Source of the DNA: Octopus vulgaris
Lineage: Eukaryota
Assembly: GCA_951406725.2 (NCBI GenBank)
Contig: OX597839.1
Coordinates: 10,912,001 to 10,976,000, forward strand
Direction: 5' to 3'
Length of the DNA: 64,000 nucleotides
The notes below the pieces were generated by a model. That model saw nothing but the letters and a program-made list of their open reading frames with translations. It had not been told where the DNA came from and did not search any database. Made by a program: the position numbers and the translations under genes. Below, piece after piece: positions 44,905 through 57,759 of the stretch (position 1 is its first letter; each line of letters opens with the position of its first letter).

Positions 44905-45095
44905 GTAGGACGAAAGAGTGAGAGAAAGTTGTGGTGAAAGAGTACAGCGGGGTTCACCCCCCCCACCCCCCAGAGCCTCATGGAGCATAAGTGTTCTTGC
45001 TCAATAAACACTCACAATGCCCGGTCTGGAAATCAAAACCGTGTTCTTACGACTGCAAGTCCGTGACCTAACCACTGGGCCATTGCACCTCCACT
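44905..45095 (-). mobile_element. SINE family C1, 5' half
   Basis: Matches 32770-32958. Confidence 0.8.
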
Positions 45096-46415
45096 GGTTG
45101 CTGTTGTTGTTGTTGGTGGTGTTTCCCGGTGCCCTGGTGTCAAAGTCTTCTGGTAGTTCACATTCCAACATGACAATCCTGTCAATGTTCTTTAGCTATC
45201 TGTGTTGATTCTGACCATGCTGAGATTGTTATTGTTGCTGTTTCATCTTCTTGAGTTTGTTGTTGAAGTGTTTGTTACAGGCATGGTTTACTCGGTGGTA
45301 GTCTTGTTGGGTGAGTGTCATGAATCTGTCTCTTTTGTGTAGTGTGGTGGTGCTTTACAGTTCATGCAGTAGGACCCTGTTTCATTTCTGGTACCGGCTG
45401 ATATCATCATCGTTTAATATCCGTTCTCCATGCTGGCACGGGTTGGACGGTTCAACTGGAGTCTGGGAAGCCAGAAGGCTGCACCAGGCTCCAGTCTGAT
45501 CTGGCAGTGTTTCTACAGCTGGATGCCCTTCCTAACGCCGACAACTCCGTGAGAGTGTAGTGGCTGCTTTTTATGTGCCAGACGAGGCTGGCAAACGGCC
45601 ACGATCGGATGGCGCTTTTTACGTGCCACCGGCACGGGGACCAGACGAAGCTGGCAACATATTTATATAGTTTCTTTTTGATGTTTTGTAACATCGTGTG
45701 TTGGTGTGGACTGTGAGTTCTAGCCACTTCACAGCTGAATTTACAGATTTCTTGTATAGCTTGGAGGAAATGCATGCTTTAATGAAGTGGAGCAGTTGAG
45801 TAGCTATCTTAATTTTTAGAGAGCAGAACACAGGGTCTTTCAGCATCTTGCTAACTTGGCTGGAGCTTATTGCACTTAGCTTTTGTATTTGGTTTACAAG
45901 ATTCTTTATGTGAATTTGTGTGTCAGGGGAGAATCATATTGTTTTAATGCCTTGTAATAATAACACACTCATTGGTTCAATTTCCATGTCAAACAATGTC
46001 AGATATTATGTTGTATCTGGAAAGAATCATAATTTTTGTTGTTTGTTCCTTCTCGAGCCATGTCTGGCTCATAAGGGCCGGTTTCCCGGTTTCTTGGCGT
46101 ATAGGTTCCCCACCTGGACGGGACATCAGTCCGTCGCAGGTGAGTTGCAAAATGCAGGAGGAAAGAGCGAGAGAAAGTTGTGGCGAAAGAGCCAGCAGAA
46201 GTTTCGCCATTATCTTCTGCCGGAGCCGCGTGGAGATTAGGTGTTTCGCTCATAAACACACACATCGTCTGGGCTGAGATTCGAACCCGCGATCCCGAGT
46301 TTGCTGCTCTAACCACTAGGCCATGTGCCTCCACAGAATCATATTGTCTTAATGCCTTATAATATAACACATTCACTGGTTTGATTTCCATTCATTTATT
46401 ATTTATACTTTTTCT

Positions 46416-46452
46416 TCCAAAATTTTCATTGCTTTGCAACCTTGTCAATGGA
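46416..46452 (-). ncRNA. Minimal hammerhead with U3-A8 core
   Basis: UCCA-UUGACAA-G-GUUGC(AAA)GCAAU-GAAA-AU-UU-UGGA. Confidence 0.6.
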
Positions 46453-46459
46453 GTCAGCA

Positions 46460-46497
46460 TCCATTGACAAGGTTGCGAAAGCAACAAAAAATTTGGA
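46460..46497 (+). ncRNA. Minimal hammerhead with U3-A8 core, GAAA mutated
   Basis: UCCA-UUGACAA-G-GUUGC(GAAA)GCAAC-aAAA-AA-UU-UGGA. Confidence 0.5.
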
Positions 46498-46992
46498 AGA
46501 AAAAATATAAATGATAAATGAGAGGAAATCAAGCCAGTGAGTGTGTGTTAGATAATAAGGCATTAAGAGAATATGACTCTCCCCAGACACAACATAATAT
46601 CCAACATTGTTTGACATGATATCTGAGCTCTGCAAAATTTGGGAGATTCTTTTTCTTTGAATTTTTTTATCTCAACTTTTAAGATAGACAACAGTTTCAT
46701 GCTATCAAGCAGTGATACTAAATTTCAACTTAGCGGTTCAGCAAAAGAGACCAATAGAACAAGTACTAGGCTGGGGTCAATTTGCTCGACTAAAGGCAGT
46801 GCTCCAGCATAGCCGCAGTCAAATGACTGAAACAAGTAAAAGAGTATATACAAGCATCAACATAAGCTCTATGTAATATAAACACACAACATAAAGGGAA
46901 CATAATATAAACATATGTACTTTAACATAAGGAGCACATTATATATACATACACATACACACATTAATGTAAGGTGTATATAATATAAACAT

Positions 46993-47815
46993 ACAGGCAC
47001 AGGAGTGGCTGTGTGGTAAGTAGCTTGCTTACCAACCACATGATTCCAGGTTCGGTCCCACTGTGTGGCACCTTGGGCAAGTATCTTCTACTATATATTT
47101 CTTTACTACCCACAAGGGGCTAAAGACAGAGGGGACAAACAAGGACAGACAAAGGGATTAAGTCGATTACATTGACCCCAGTACATAACTGGTACTTAAT
47201 TTATCGACACCGAAAGGATGAAAGGCAAAGTCAACCTCGGCGGAATTTGAACTCAGAACGTAGCGACAGACGAAATACGGCTACACTAATGTTTCTGCCA
47301 GCTCGCTGCCTTATCTTCTACTATAGCCTCGGGCCGACCAAAGCCTTGTGAGTGGATTTGGCAGACGGAAACTCAAAGAAGCCCGTCATATATATGTATA
47401 TTTATATATGTGTGTGTGTATGATTGTGTGTCTGTGTTTGTCCCCCTAGCATTGCTTGATGACCGATGCCGGTGTGTTTACGTCCCTGTAACATAGCACT
47501 TCGGCAAAAGAGACCGATGGAATAAGTACTAGGCTTACAAAGAATAAGTCTCGGCAACTGAAAGAAGCCCGTCGTATATATGTATATATATATGTGTTTA
47601 TGTGTCTGTGTTTGTCCCTCCAACATCGCTTGACAACCGATGTTGGTATGTTTACATCCCCGTAACTTAGCGGTTCGGAAAAAAAGAGAACCGATAGAAT
47701 AAGTACTGGGCTTACAAAGAATAAGTCTCGGGGGGGGTTGATTCGCTCGACTAAAGGCGGTGCTCCAGCATGGCCGCAGTCAAATGACTGAAACAAGTAA
47801 AAGAGAGTAAAAGAG
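46993..47815 (+). mobile_element. SINE family A (3' half duplicated) with nested family B copy (47096-47311, -)
   Basis: 14-bp TSD TATCTTCTACTATA at 47082-47095 and 47312-47325. Confidence 0.85.
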
Positions 47816-48528
47816 CATTACATCAACATAAGAGTGTATTGTATAAATAGACACACGTCAACATAGAGGCCATATAATATAAACACATACACACATTAAC
47901 ATAAGGAGCCTATAACACATACACACACACATCAGCATAAGGAATATATAATATAAATACACACACACACACACACATCAACATAAGCATTGTTCATCTT
48001 TGTATGGTCACTCCCCCCCTCTTCCTCTGTCACTGTAGTTAAACAATCTGTTATTTTTTCATGCTGTTTATTTTTTTATTCTTTTTAATCATTTTATCAT
48101 TATTTATATTTCATTTTTCCCTCCTTTTCTTTGTGTGTGGGTTTTTTTTTTTTGTTTTTTTTTTGTTTTTCTTTTTGCTTCTTTTCACATTCTCTATCAC
48201 TCTGCCCAGCTCTTTCCCATCCCTCTCTCTCTCTCTTTCCACAGCCTCCATGCTTTCTTTCCCTCTGTCTTCACTTCACCTCACTCTCTCTCTCCCTCTC
48301 CCTCTCTCCCCCCTCTCCAGTTTAGTATTCATGTGTGCACCTCTGTGAGTATGTGCATGTATATTTACATATACATACATACATACATACATATGTAAAT
48401 ACATATATATATATACATATGTACATATATAAGTATGTATATATATATATACATATATATACATATGTACATATATAAGTATGTATATATATATACACAC
48501 ACATACATATGTACATATATATATGTAC

Positions 48529-48564
<36 letters not shown>

Positions 48565-48607
48565 GTATATACATATGTATATATACATATGTACATATAT
48601 ATGCATG

Positions 48608-48639
<32 letters not shown>

Positions 48640-49505
48640 TATATATGTATATATATATATATATATACACATATATATATATATATAACATAAACGCATA
48701 TGTGTGTGCATGTGTGTACATATATATATAAATGTGGGTAATGTGTGTGTATATAAATGTGTGCATATATCATGAAGATATTATATATACATATATATAT
48801 ATGTATGTACACCATCATGATATATATATATATATATACACATGTACATGCATACACTCAAACACATGCATACTCACAAACATGCACACCCACACATATA
48901 CACACAAGTTCTATTCAATCATCGTTATACATGTTTGCGGTCGAAATATTTGTATCTTTTGGTTTATGTTTTTTTTTCCCTCTCAACACAATCTTCAATA
49001 ACTTCCAATCTTCAAACAATACAAATTTTCATCAATTTTATTCCTTTTTATAATTTTTACAGAATTTTTTTCTCCTATATTTTCATTTTAATCTTTTTTT
49101 ATGTGTTTATTTATATCATATCTTCATATTCTTTTAAATATTTTTTTTCGCTCAGGTTTTTATTTTACTTTCGTTTGTTTTTCATTTTTGCCTCTTCAGA
49201 ATTCTTTGAGCGGCGTCTTTCAGTGTTGAAGTTGCTGAGAATTTGTGCCATCTTTCTAACGACATGAAAATAGAAAGACGCATTGCCAAACAGCATCATC
49301 ATAACCGCTTCTACCAACAGTAATAAAACTAACATAAACAACAGCATCAACAACATCAGTATAACATCTCTACCACTACCTCCATCAGCACCAGCAACGT
49401 CTCTACAACCGCCTCCACCAACACCAACAATACCACAAATAGCATCACTGCTACCACCAGCACCAACAATACTGCCACTACTACCGCAGACAGAAATCTC
49501 CACCA

Positions 49506-49897
49506 ACATGAATGTGAACAACAACGCCATCAACAACAACAAAATTAACATTAATACCAACATCACCAACAAAAGTAACAAAAGTAAGAACATTTCCCCT
49601 AAGACTTCTTCAGCAGCAAAAGGGCTTCCCATGTGCAAGTGTACAGAAACATCTATAGATATTAAACTCAAATTGTGTGTCTGTGTGTGTATCTGTGTGT
49701 GTACATGAATGTGAACAACAACACCATCAAAAACAACAAAATTAACATTAATACCAACACCACCAACAAAAGTAACAAAAGTAAGAACACTTCGCCTAAG
49801 ACCGCTTCAGCAGCAAAAGGGCTTCCCATGTGCAAGTGTACAGAAACATCTCTATATATATAAAACTCAACTTGTGTGTCTGTGTGTGTCTGTGTGT
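49506..49897. repeat. Tandem duplication, 2 x ~197 bp
   Basis: ACATGAATGTGAACAACAAC...CAAGTGTACAGAAACATCT...TTGTGTGTCTGTG repeated at 49506 and 49703. Confidence 0.9.
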
Positions 49898-50206
49898 TTA
49901 AATTCCCGGCACATCTCCTCCTAGCCAACAAATCGTAGAACCACCAAATATGGGTCACTTAAAGTTTAGGCGAATGAAACTTGAACTGCGCTATTTCTGT
50001 TCCGAAATTCATTTAGGCCTTATCCCATGCATTGAATAGTGAACTTTACTCAGTCAGATGTTTGACATGAACTGTGTTCACCACGCATGCAAGCATGCGT
50101 AAATTGCATGAAAAATAAAAGATCAAGACATAAAAACAAATCGCCGTAAACATTGTAAAAATTCGGCAAAGAAATGAATTTTTGGGATGTAGCCTGGAGG
50201 GTTTTC

Positions 50207-50312
<106 letters not shown>

Positions 50313-50443
50313 TATGATAGAAGAAGACTAACTCTTTCTTCCGTAGAAGAAAAAATTCAAATCGGACCATGTTAACACCAAAAGTTATTTACATCAAAAA
50401 GGTGCCTTTTTTCTATGAAAATCCCTAAATATCTATATATATA

Positions 50444-50741
50444 CTAGGAGTATCGCCCGGCGTTGCTCGGGTTTGTAAGGGAAATAACTATATAAGCATT
50501 TTTAGAGAGTTACTTCCCTTATATAAAAGCAAAAAAATGTATTAAAAAAGGGAAAAAATGATGGTAAATTTTTTTTAAATCGTAGACTCATCGTAGACGC
50601 GTGCTAATACCCAGAAGGGCTCAATATGAATCACGACTATAAGATACCTGCTGTTGGTTAAACTGCACCGCAAAATGTGGGAGTAGTTAGGAATCTAAAT
50701 CGTAGGAGACAGACACACAACTTCACTTTTATGTATAAAGA
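50444..50741 (-). mobile_element. Non-autonomous Helitron
   Basis: Same 3' end as 38902 (..GCAACGCCGGGCGATACTCCTAG|T), different 5' half beginning A|TCTTTATACATAAAAG. Confidence 0.8.
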
Positions 50742-50763
50742 TATATATATATATATATATATT

Positions 50764-50797
<34 letters not shown>

Positions 50798-50835
50798 TCT
50801 GTCTGTCTGTCTACATCTATCTATCTATCTATCTA

Positions 50836-50894
<59 letters not shown>

Positions 50895-50919
50895 GTCTGT
50901 CTGTCTATCTGTCTATCTC

Positions 50920-51036
<117 letters not shown>

Positions 51037-51054
51037 ATATATATATATATTTGT

Positions 51055-51981
51055 TTTGCAAGATTCTAGATGTGAAATCATGTGTTTTATTTAGGAATGG
51101 TCATGTTGCCAGTTTAGCCAATAAAAACACACGCGCTCTATATTTGGTGTTAATTTGCTTCAGCGTTATTTATTTTTTACATTAATCTTTATCTTATTTT
51201 TGCCAGAGTTCTTTCGTCACACTTCTGTGACCTCATCAGTGGTCCTTTGCTTTCTTCTTTCTTATTTGTGTGTCTCTCCTTACTAACGATCAGCCATTTT
51301 GTATTTTGTATTATTTTATGAGTCTTTATTTGCGCATGCGTATACCTCTATGTATGTCTATGTTTAGTTAGTGTGTGGGGGGAGAGTGCCCGTAATAATT
51401 ATATCTCCTGTTTATACACGTTCGTGTAATTTGCTTTTGTTTATTTTGTTCATGTGTTTATACCTATATATTATTTCTTTTGTTTTTGTATTTAATTAAA
51501 TTAATTTTTAAAAAAATTTTGTTAATGTATATAATTATTTAATTCCAATTGTTTATCTGTGTATTTCATTGTTTTTAGTCTTGTTTATATTGTTACCAGT
51601 TTATGGGGATCTTCTTCTGTCATATGCTGTGGTGTGTGCTAGTGTTCCATTCCAGTTTCCTATTCAGGCTTGGTTTATCTTCTATTATGTGTGTAGCTTC
51701 TGTTATTTGTCTAATTGTTGTGTCTGTTCTATGTGTGGATAAGATTTTAACCTATATGTTGTTGAGTGAGCCTCCATGTTCCTGCTCGGCGTGCTGGTAC
51801 AGAACCGATGAGCTCTTTTCTTCCTTAAGTTCTCTCCAATGTTCATTTACCCGCTCTCCTATGCTCCGTGCCGTTTCCCCTACGTACGTCGTTGTCTTGT
51901 TACTGCATCGTCCCTCAGTACATCTTATACAATAGACTACATTTCTGAAATGTAGTCTATAATATAAGATGTACAGAGGGA
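51055..51981 (-). mobile_element. 5'-truncated Penelope-like element: GIY-YIG remnant, 3' repeat with hammerhead, fold-back 5' end
   Basis: [99 protein letters not shown] (about 51945->51620, one premature stop). Confidence 0.85.
51203..51242 (-). ncRNA. Minimal type I hammerhead ribozyme (PLE type)
   Basis: CCA-CUGAUGA-G-GUCACA(GAAG)UGUGAC-GAAA-GAAC-UC-UGG; intact core. Confidence 0.75.
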
Positions 51982-52257
51982 TAGGGGCTGGTAACTTTGA
52001 CGTGTGGATGTGTGCATGTGTAAGTGAGTGCGTCTGTAATGTGTAGGTGTGTGGATGATGATGTGGGTGCTGGGAAGTGGTCAGTGCTGGCATGTGCAGA
52101 GTGGTGTGGGGTGGTGTGATGTGGTGGTGTGGCAGTGTTGGGGTGGGGTGTGGGTTTTGAATGAGGATGTGGGAGTAGTAGGGGCGGGGTATGTGGGAGT
52201 GTGATGTGTGGGGGTGAGGAATGGATTGAGGGGGTATCAATGAAGGGAGATGGGTAG

Positions 52258-52278
52258 GATATATATATATATGCATGC

Positions 52279-52317
<39 letters not shown>

Positions 52318-52349
52318 TGTATATATATATGCATGCATATATATATATA

Positions 52350-52398
<49 letters not shown>

Positions 52399-52408
52399 GC
52401 ATATATGC

Positions 52409-52441
<33 letters not shown>

Positions 52442-52997
52442 TATACAGTGTATTCTATACTGAGAACATGTCTCTCATCTATAAAATATATATATACACA
52501 CGCACATACACTCACACACACATACACTCACACACATATACCAATATCAGGTTCTCAAGCTGAACCAAATTTTTTTTTATTGCAGTGTATTTGCCATTTC
52601 TGTTGCTTCTCATCACAAGTGAGAGTTACATATCACCGCTGAGCTTATGATGTCTGCAACGGTAAATATTTACATATTTTATACGGGATATAATCTTGTT
52701 ACAAATCACACACTAGTAACTTCAACAAGCTACAATAAACCAACGACAGCCAATTGAGATTTTTATGAAATATGATCTTTTAAAATTTCACATATACATT
52801 CACGCGCACTCATGTCTGTGTATATATGTATGTACGCGTGAATATATAAATATATACATTACAAATGTATGGATGTGTATATTTATGCATACATATATAT
52901 ATATAACCCATGCTAGCATGGAAAGCGGACGCTAAATGATGATGATGATGATATATATATATATATATATATATACATACATACATATATATACATA

Positions 52998-53032
<35 letters not shown>

Positions 53033-53106
53033 CATACATATATATATATATGTATATATGTATATATGTAAATACATATATGTATATATATATGTATATA
53101 TATATG

Positions 53107-53158
<52 letters not shown>

Positions 53159-53198
53159 CATATATATGTATATATATATATATATATGTATATACATA

Positions 53199-53230
<32 letters not shown>

Positions 53231-53231
53231 C

Positions 53232-53310
<79 letters not shown>

Positions 53311-53352
53311 TATATATATGTGTATATGTATATATGTATATATATTTATATA
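52258..53352. repeat. (TA)n-dominated microsatellite region
   Basis: Direct inspection. Confidence 0.9.
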
Positions 53353-53682
53353 TGAAGAATTATGGCAAACATATCACTTCACTTGAAGTAGACAGAATAA
53401 CAATACACAGTGTAAAGCTTTAGATTCACCAGCAGCAGTTATGCTACATACATACATGTGTTGTTGGAGGAGTTTGATTCCCAAACACTTTGTTTCAGGT
53501 TCAGTTCCACTGCGTGGCACCTTGGTCAAGTTTCTTCTTCTATAGCCCTGGACCAATCAGAGCCTTGTAAGTGACTATGCCTTCTTATGTCTAAGTATAC
53601 ATGAACATATGAAATATCATTGTACATGCACATATTTTACTCAACACTGCTTTGTGTGACTCTAGTTTATATATATATATAA

Positions 53683-54112
53683 TTGAAATTGAAATCGATC
53701 AACATCAATGGAAATTGTAGGTGTGATACCACTGCTGGTGGCACGTAAGCGAACCATCCGAACGTGGCCGTTGCCAGCGCCACTCCGACGGGCCTCTGTG
53801 CCGGTGACACGTAAAAAGCACCATCCGATCGTGGCTGTTGCCAGCCTCACCTGGCCCCCGTGCCAGTGGCACGTAAAAAGTACCATCCAATCGTGGCCGT
53901 TGCCAGCCTCGCCTGGCTCTCGTGCCAGTGGCATGTAAAAAGCACCATCCGATCGTGGCCATTGCCAGCCTCGCTTGGCTCTCGTGCCAGTGGCATGTAA
54001 AAAGCACCATCCAATCGTGGCCGTTGCCAGCCTTGCCTGGCCCTCGTGCTGGTGGCACGTAAAAAGCATCATCTGATCGTGGCCATTGCCAGCCTCGTCT
54101 GGCCCCCGTGCC
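53683..54112 (+). mobile_element. Family D 5' region with about six tandem ~60-bp units
   Basis: Unit GTGCCAGTGGCACGTAAAAAGCACCATCCGATCGTGGCCGTTGCCAGCCTCGCCTGGCTCTC; 5' leader shared with 39485. Confidence 0.85.
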
Positions 54113-54114
54113 GG

Positions 54115-54233
54115 AACCACGTGGAGCTTAGGTGTTTTGCTCATAAACACACACGTTGCCCGATCTGAGATTCGAACACGTGATCCCTCGACTGCGAGTC
54201 CGCTGCTCTAACCACTAGGCCATGTGCCTCCAC
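54115..54233 (-). mobile_element. SINE family C2 head
   Basis: Matches 20869-20995. Confidence 0.8.
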
Positions 54234-54721
54234 ATGTTTATAGTAGAAGATACCATCTGAGATAGTCTAGGCAGTGAATCTGAACCTTTAACCACTGGAT
54301 TCTGGAGCAAATTTCTTAGCTACACAATCATATCTACACCTGTTAAAATACGTTGCCTTAAAAGATTTTTAAAAAAGACATGGAATAGTCACACCTGAGC
54401 TACCTTTGATCAGAAAGCTGCTTGACCAGGGTTGACCTGGAGGTTTTCAGTTCGATAACAATTGTAAATATGAACAATCTAAACAATGAACACAAATCAC
54501 ATCTTTGCTAACACACAGAACTGCTGCTGTGATATTGAATTTGTTATTTAAAAGCGGTGAATAAATGTTGTAAGAAATAAAAATTTTCGTAATTTGTTGA
54601 AATTAATTTAGATTAATTACAATAATTAAATTACGAGGTATTTTTCTATTTTCACTCACACCTTTTGTGTATACCATAGAATACATAGACAGACATACAC
54701 ACAGACATATAAACTTATATA

Positions 54722-54811
<90 letters not shown>

Positions 54812-54863
54812 CATACATATATGTGTGAGTATGTGTGTGTATGCACACACACACACACACATG

Positions 54864-54909
<46 letters not shown>

Positions 54910-55169
54910 CACACATAGACACACATACATACACATATATATATATATATGAACATACATGCATAATCACATTCATAGGCATATGTGCACACAGATATAC
55001 AAACATACACACAACATACTAGCGCCAACCCTACCACCACAAACACCACTATCAACATCACCAGAACCCCCATCGCCAACACCACCACAACAAGTATCAC
55101 CACCAACATCAACACCATCACCAACTGAATCTTCATAATTTGTATTATCACTAGCATCAACTAATCTCT

Positions 55170-55758
55170 GTATCGGTGTTGCTGCATGGTAAAGAAACCT
55201 GGATCACTTACTACAGTTACATCCGTCTCCTCGAGCGCTTCCACCAGCAATGTCTCCGCACCATCCTCATCATTCACTGGAGTGACTTCGTCACAAACAT
55301 TGAAGTCTTGGAGATCCCCAGCATTGAAGCCACGCTACTGAAGTACCACCACCAATGGGCAGGTCATGTCTCCAGAATGGAGAACCATTGCCTTCCAAAG
55401 ATTGCCCTGTTTGGTGAACTCTCCACCGGCCACTGAGTGAGAGGAGCTCCGAGGAAGCGCTACAAAGACTGCCTGAAGAAGTCTCTAACAGCATGTCATA
55501 TTGACCACCATATCTGGCGCCACACGATCTTCAACGCAGTCAGCAAGTTTGAGGAACAAAGAAGAGATGCACTCAAAGACAAGAGACACAGGAGGAAGGT
55601 GCAAGCTGCCTCTGACACCACACCGGATGTTACCTTCGTCTGTGGACACTGCTCACGGACCTGCCTTTCCCATATAGGACTTGTTGGTCATGAGCGTGCA
55701 TGCACGCGACGTGGACAGTCTTCCTGACCTTCATTCGCGAAGCCAGAGCCAAGATGAT
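55170..55758 (+). pseudogene. RTE (BovB-like) LINE 3' fragment
   Basis: LLHGKETW...LERFHQQCLRTIL.IHWSD.VTN.EVL...WAGHVSRM...LPKIALFGELSTG*..GAPRKRYKDCLK...CGHCSRTCLSHIGLVGHERAC; short UTR with GAT tail. Confidence 0.9.
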
Positions 55759-55830
55759 GTACACACACTTTAGCAGCTGATAACTCAATTGATATTTTTT
55801 CTTTCCAGATGAAACCTATAGGATTTAATG

Positions 55831-56981
55831 ATGGCAGTCAGATTAAGCTTTGAACAAAGAAAATTCATTCTAAAATGATACTGGAAGTGTGAAAATGCAG
55901 TTGAAGTGCAAAAACAGTTGGGGAGGGAGTTTCAAACAGATCCACCAATGCAACTCCCTATCACTTGAATTAGAGATAAGTTTGAAGCTGATGGAACTGT
56001 TCAGAATGTCCACGATAAGCATTCCAGAAGACCCCGAACATCAGCAACCCCAACAAAGCAAGGAGTACTGGAAATGAATCACCAAAGTCCAAGAAAATCT
56101 GTGCGACAAAGCGAGTCGTGAGGTAGGTATTCCAAAATCATCTGTCCAATGCATTTTGAAGCATTGTCAATGGAAAAGTTACATTCCAAGATTAGTCCAT
56201 GCTATTAATGATGATGATCCAGACGAAAGAGTGCAGCATTGCGAGTGGTACTTGGAACGATGTGTAGAAGCTGCACACTTTCCAACAAAGATTGTGTGGA
56301 GTGATGAAGCCACATTCAAATTAAATGGTTCAATTAACTGCCACAATTGCACCTACTGGGGTCCTGAGAATCTGCATGTTATGGTGAAACACCATGTTAA
56401 TTTGATATTTGTGTGGTGTGGTTTATCATCAAGAGGATTAATTGGACCATTCTTTTGTTATGCTACTGTGACTGGTCCCGTTTACTTGAACTTGTTGCAA
56501 CAGTCTGTTATGCCAAGCATTAGAGAAGACTTTGAAGATGAGGAGTTTTATTTTCAGCAAGATGGGGCACCCCCACACTACCATTGCTATGTTAGATCCT
56601 TCCTTGATGAGATCTTGCTAAACAGGTGGATTGGATGAAGAGGTATGGTTGAATTCACCAGACCTCACACCACTAGACTTTTTATGGGGATACCTTAAAG
56701 ACAAATTCTACGCTATGAAACCTACAAGTTGCTGATTTGAGAGCAGCCATTGGACGAGAGTGCACACAAATACCAAACAAATTCTTTTGTGATATTTGTG
56801 ATTCCATTCCTTTGCGTTGTCAGCAGTGCCTGGACCAGACCGGACATCAGTTTGGAAACAGGCATTGACAAAACAATAAAATAATGTCTGTAGATTCTAT
56901 TAAATTTTGAAAATGAAGTGTCTTTTAATAAACAACTACTTTACAATTGTTTAAAGTGGGCATACATTTTTTTGGGACACC

Positions 56982-56984
<3 letters not shown>
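55831..56984 (+). mobile_element. Decayed Tc1/mariner transposon, DD41D-like transposase with right TIR
   Basis: [28 protein letters not shown] motifs with stops and frameshifts (ORF about 55831-56868); right end TTTTGGGACACCCTG|TA; left TIR not found. Confidence 0.9.
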
Positions 56985-57018
<34 letters not shown>

Positions 57019-57234
57019 AATATGAACATCATTCTCACTTCTACCAGAATCATTGTTATTATCAAACTTATCATCTCCACCACCATCACCACCACAACTA
57101 CCACTACTACCACCACCACCACGACTACTAGTACCACCACCACAGCTATTATCATCCTGTCAACATTATTCTGGACATTGTAGTCAGCATCATCATTGTA
57201 ACAGCAGCAGTAGCTGTAGTAATGGTGGTAGTGG

Positions 57235-57650
57235 TCGGCGAGCTGGCAGAAACGTTAGCACGCCGGGCGAAGTGCTTAGCGGTACTTCGTCTGCCGCTAC
57301 GTTCTGAGTTCAAATTCCGCCGAGGTCGACTTTGCTTTTCATCCTTTCGGGGTCGATTAAATAAGTACCAGTTACGCACTGGGGTCGATATAATCGACTT
57401 AATCCGTTTGTCTGTCCTTGTTTGTCCTCTCTGTGTTTAGCCCCTTGTGGGTAGTAAAGAAATAGGTATAATGTCTGTCTTTACGTTCTGAGTTCAAATT
57501 CCGCTGAGGTCGACTTTGCCGTTCATCCTTTCGTGGTAGATTAAATAAGTACCAGTCACGCACTGGGGTCGATATAATCGACCTAATCCGTTTGTCTGTC
57601 CTTGTTTGTCCCCTCTGTGTTTAGCCCCTTGTGGGTAGTAAAGAAATAGT
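57235..57650 (+). mobile_element. SINE family B with tandem 3' duplication
   Basis: Colinear with 27893-28300. Confidence 0.9.
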
Positions 57651-57677
57651 TGGTGGTGTTGGTGGTAGTGGTAATGA

Positions 57678-57759
<82 letters not shown>

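Larger units (their letters stand above)
45100..46600 (-). mobile_element. 5' part of a Penelope-like element with inverted terminal repeat pair; nested D (45403-45657) and C2 (46036-46334) retroposons
   Basis: Inverted arms 46335-46452 / 46460-46590, each starting with a hammerhead; downstream on the minus strand an ORF remnant NLVNQIQKLSAISSSQVSKMLKDPVFCSLKIKIATQLLHFIKACISSKLYKK. Confidence 0.65.

Noticed and set aside
53735-54112. CRISPR-like array of palindromic repeats
   Set aside because: Whole 60-bp units are homologous (no unique spacers), there are no cas genes, the context is eukaryotic, and the units are part of retroposon family D.
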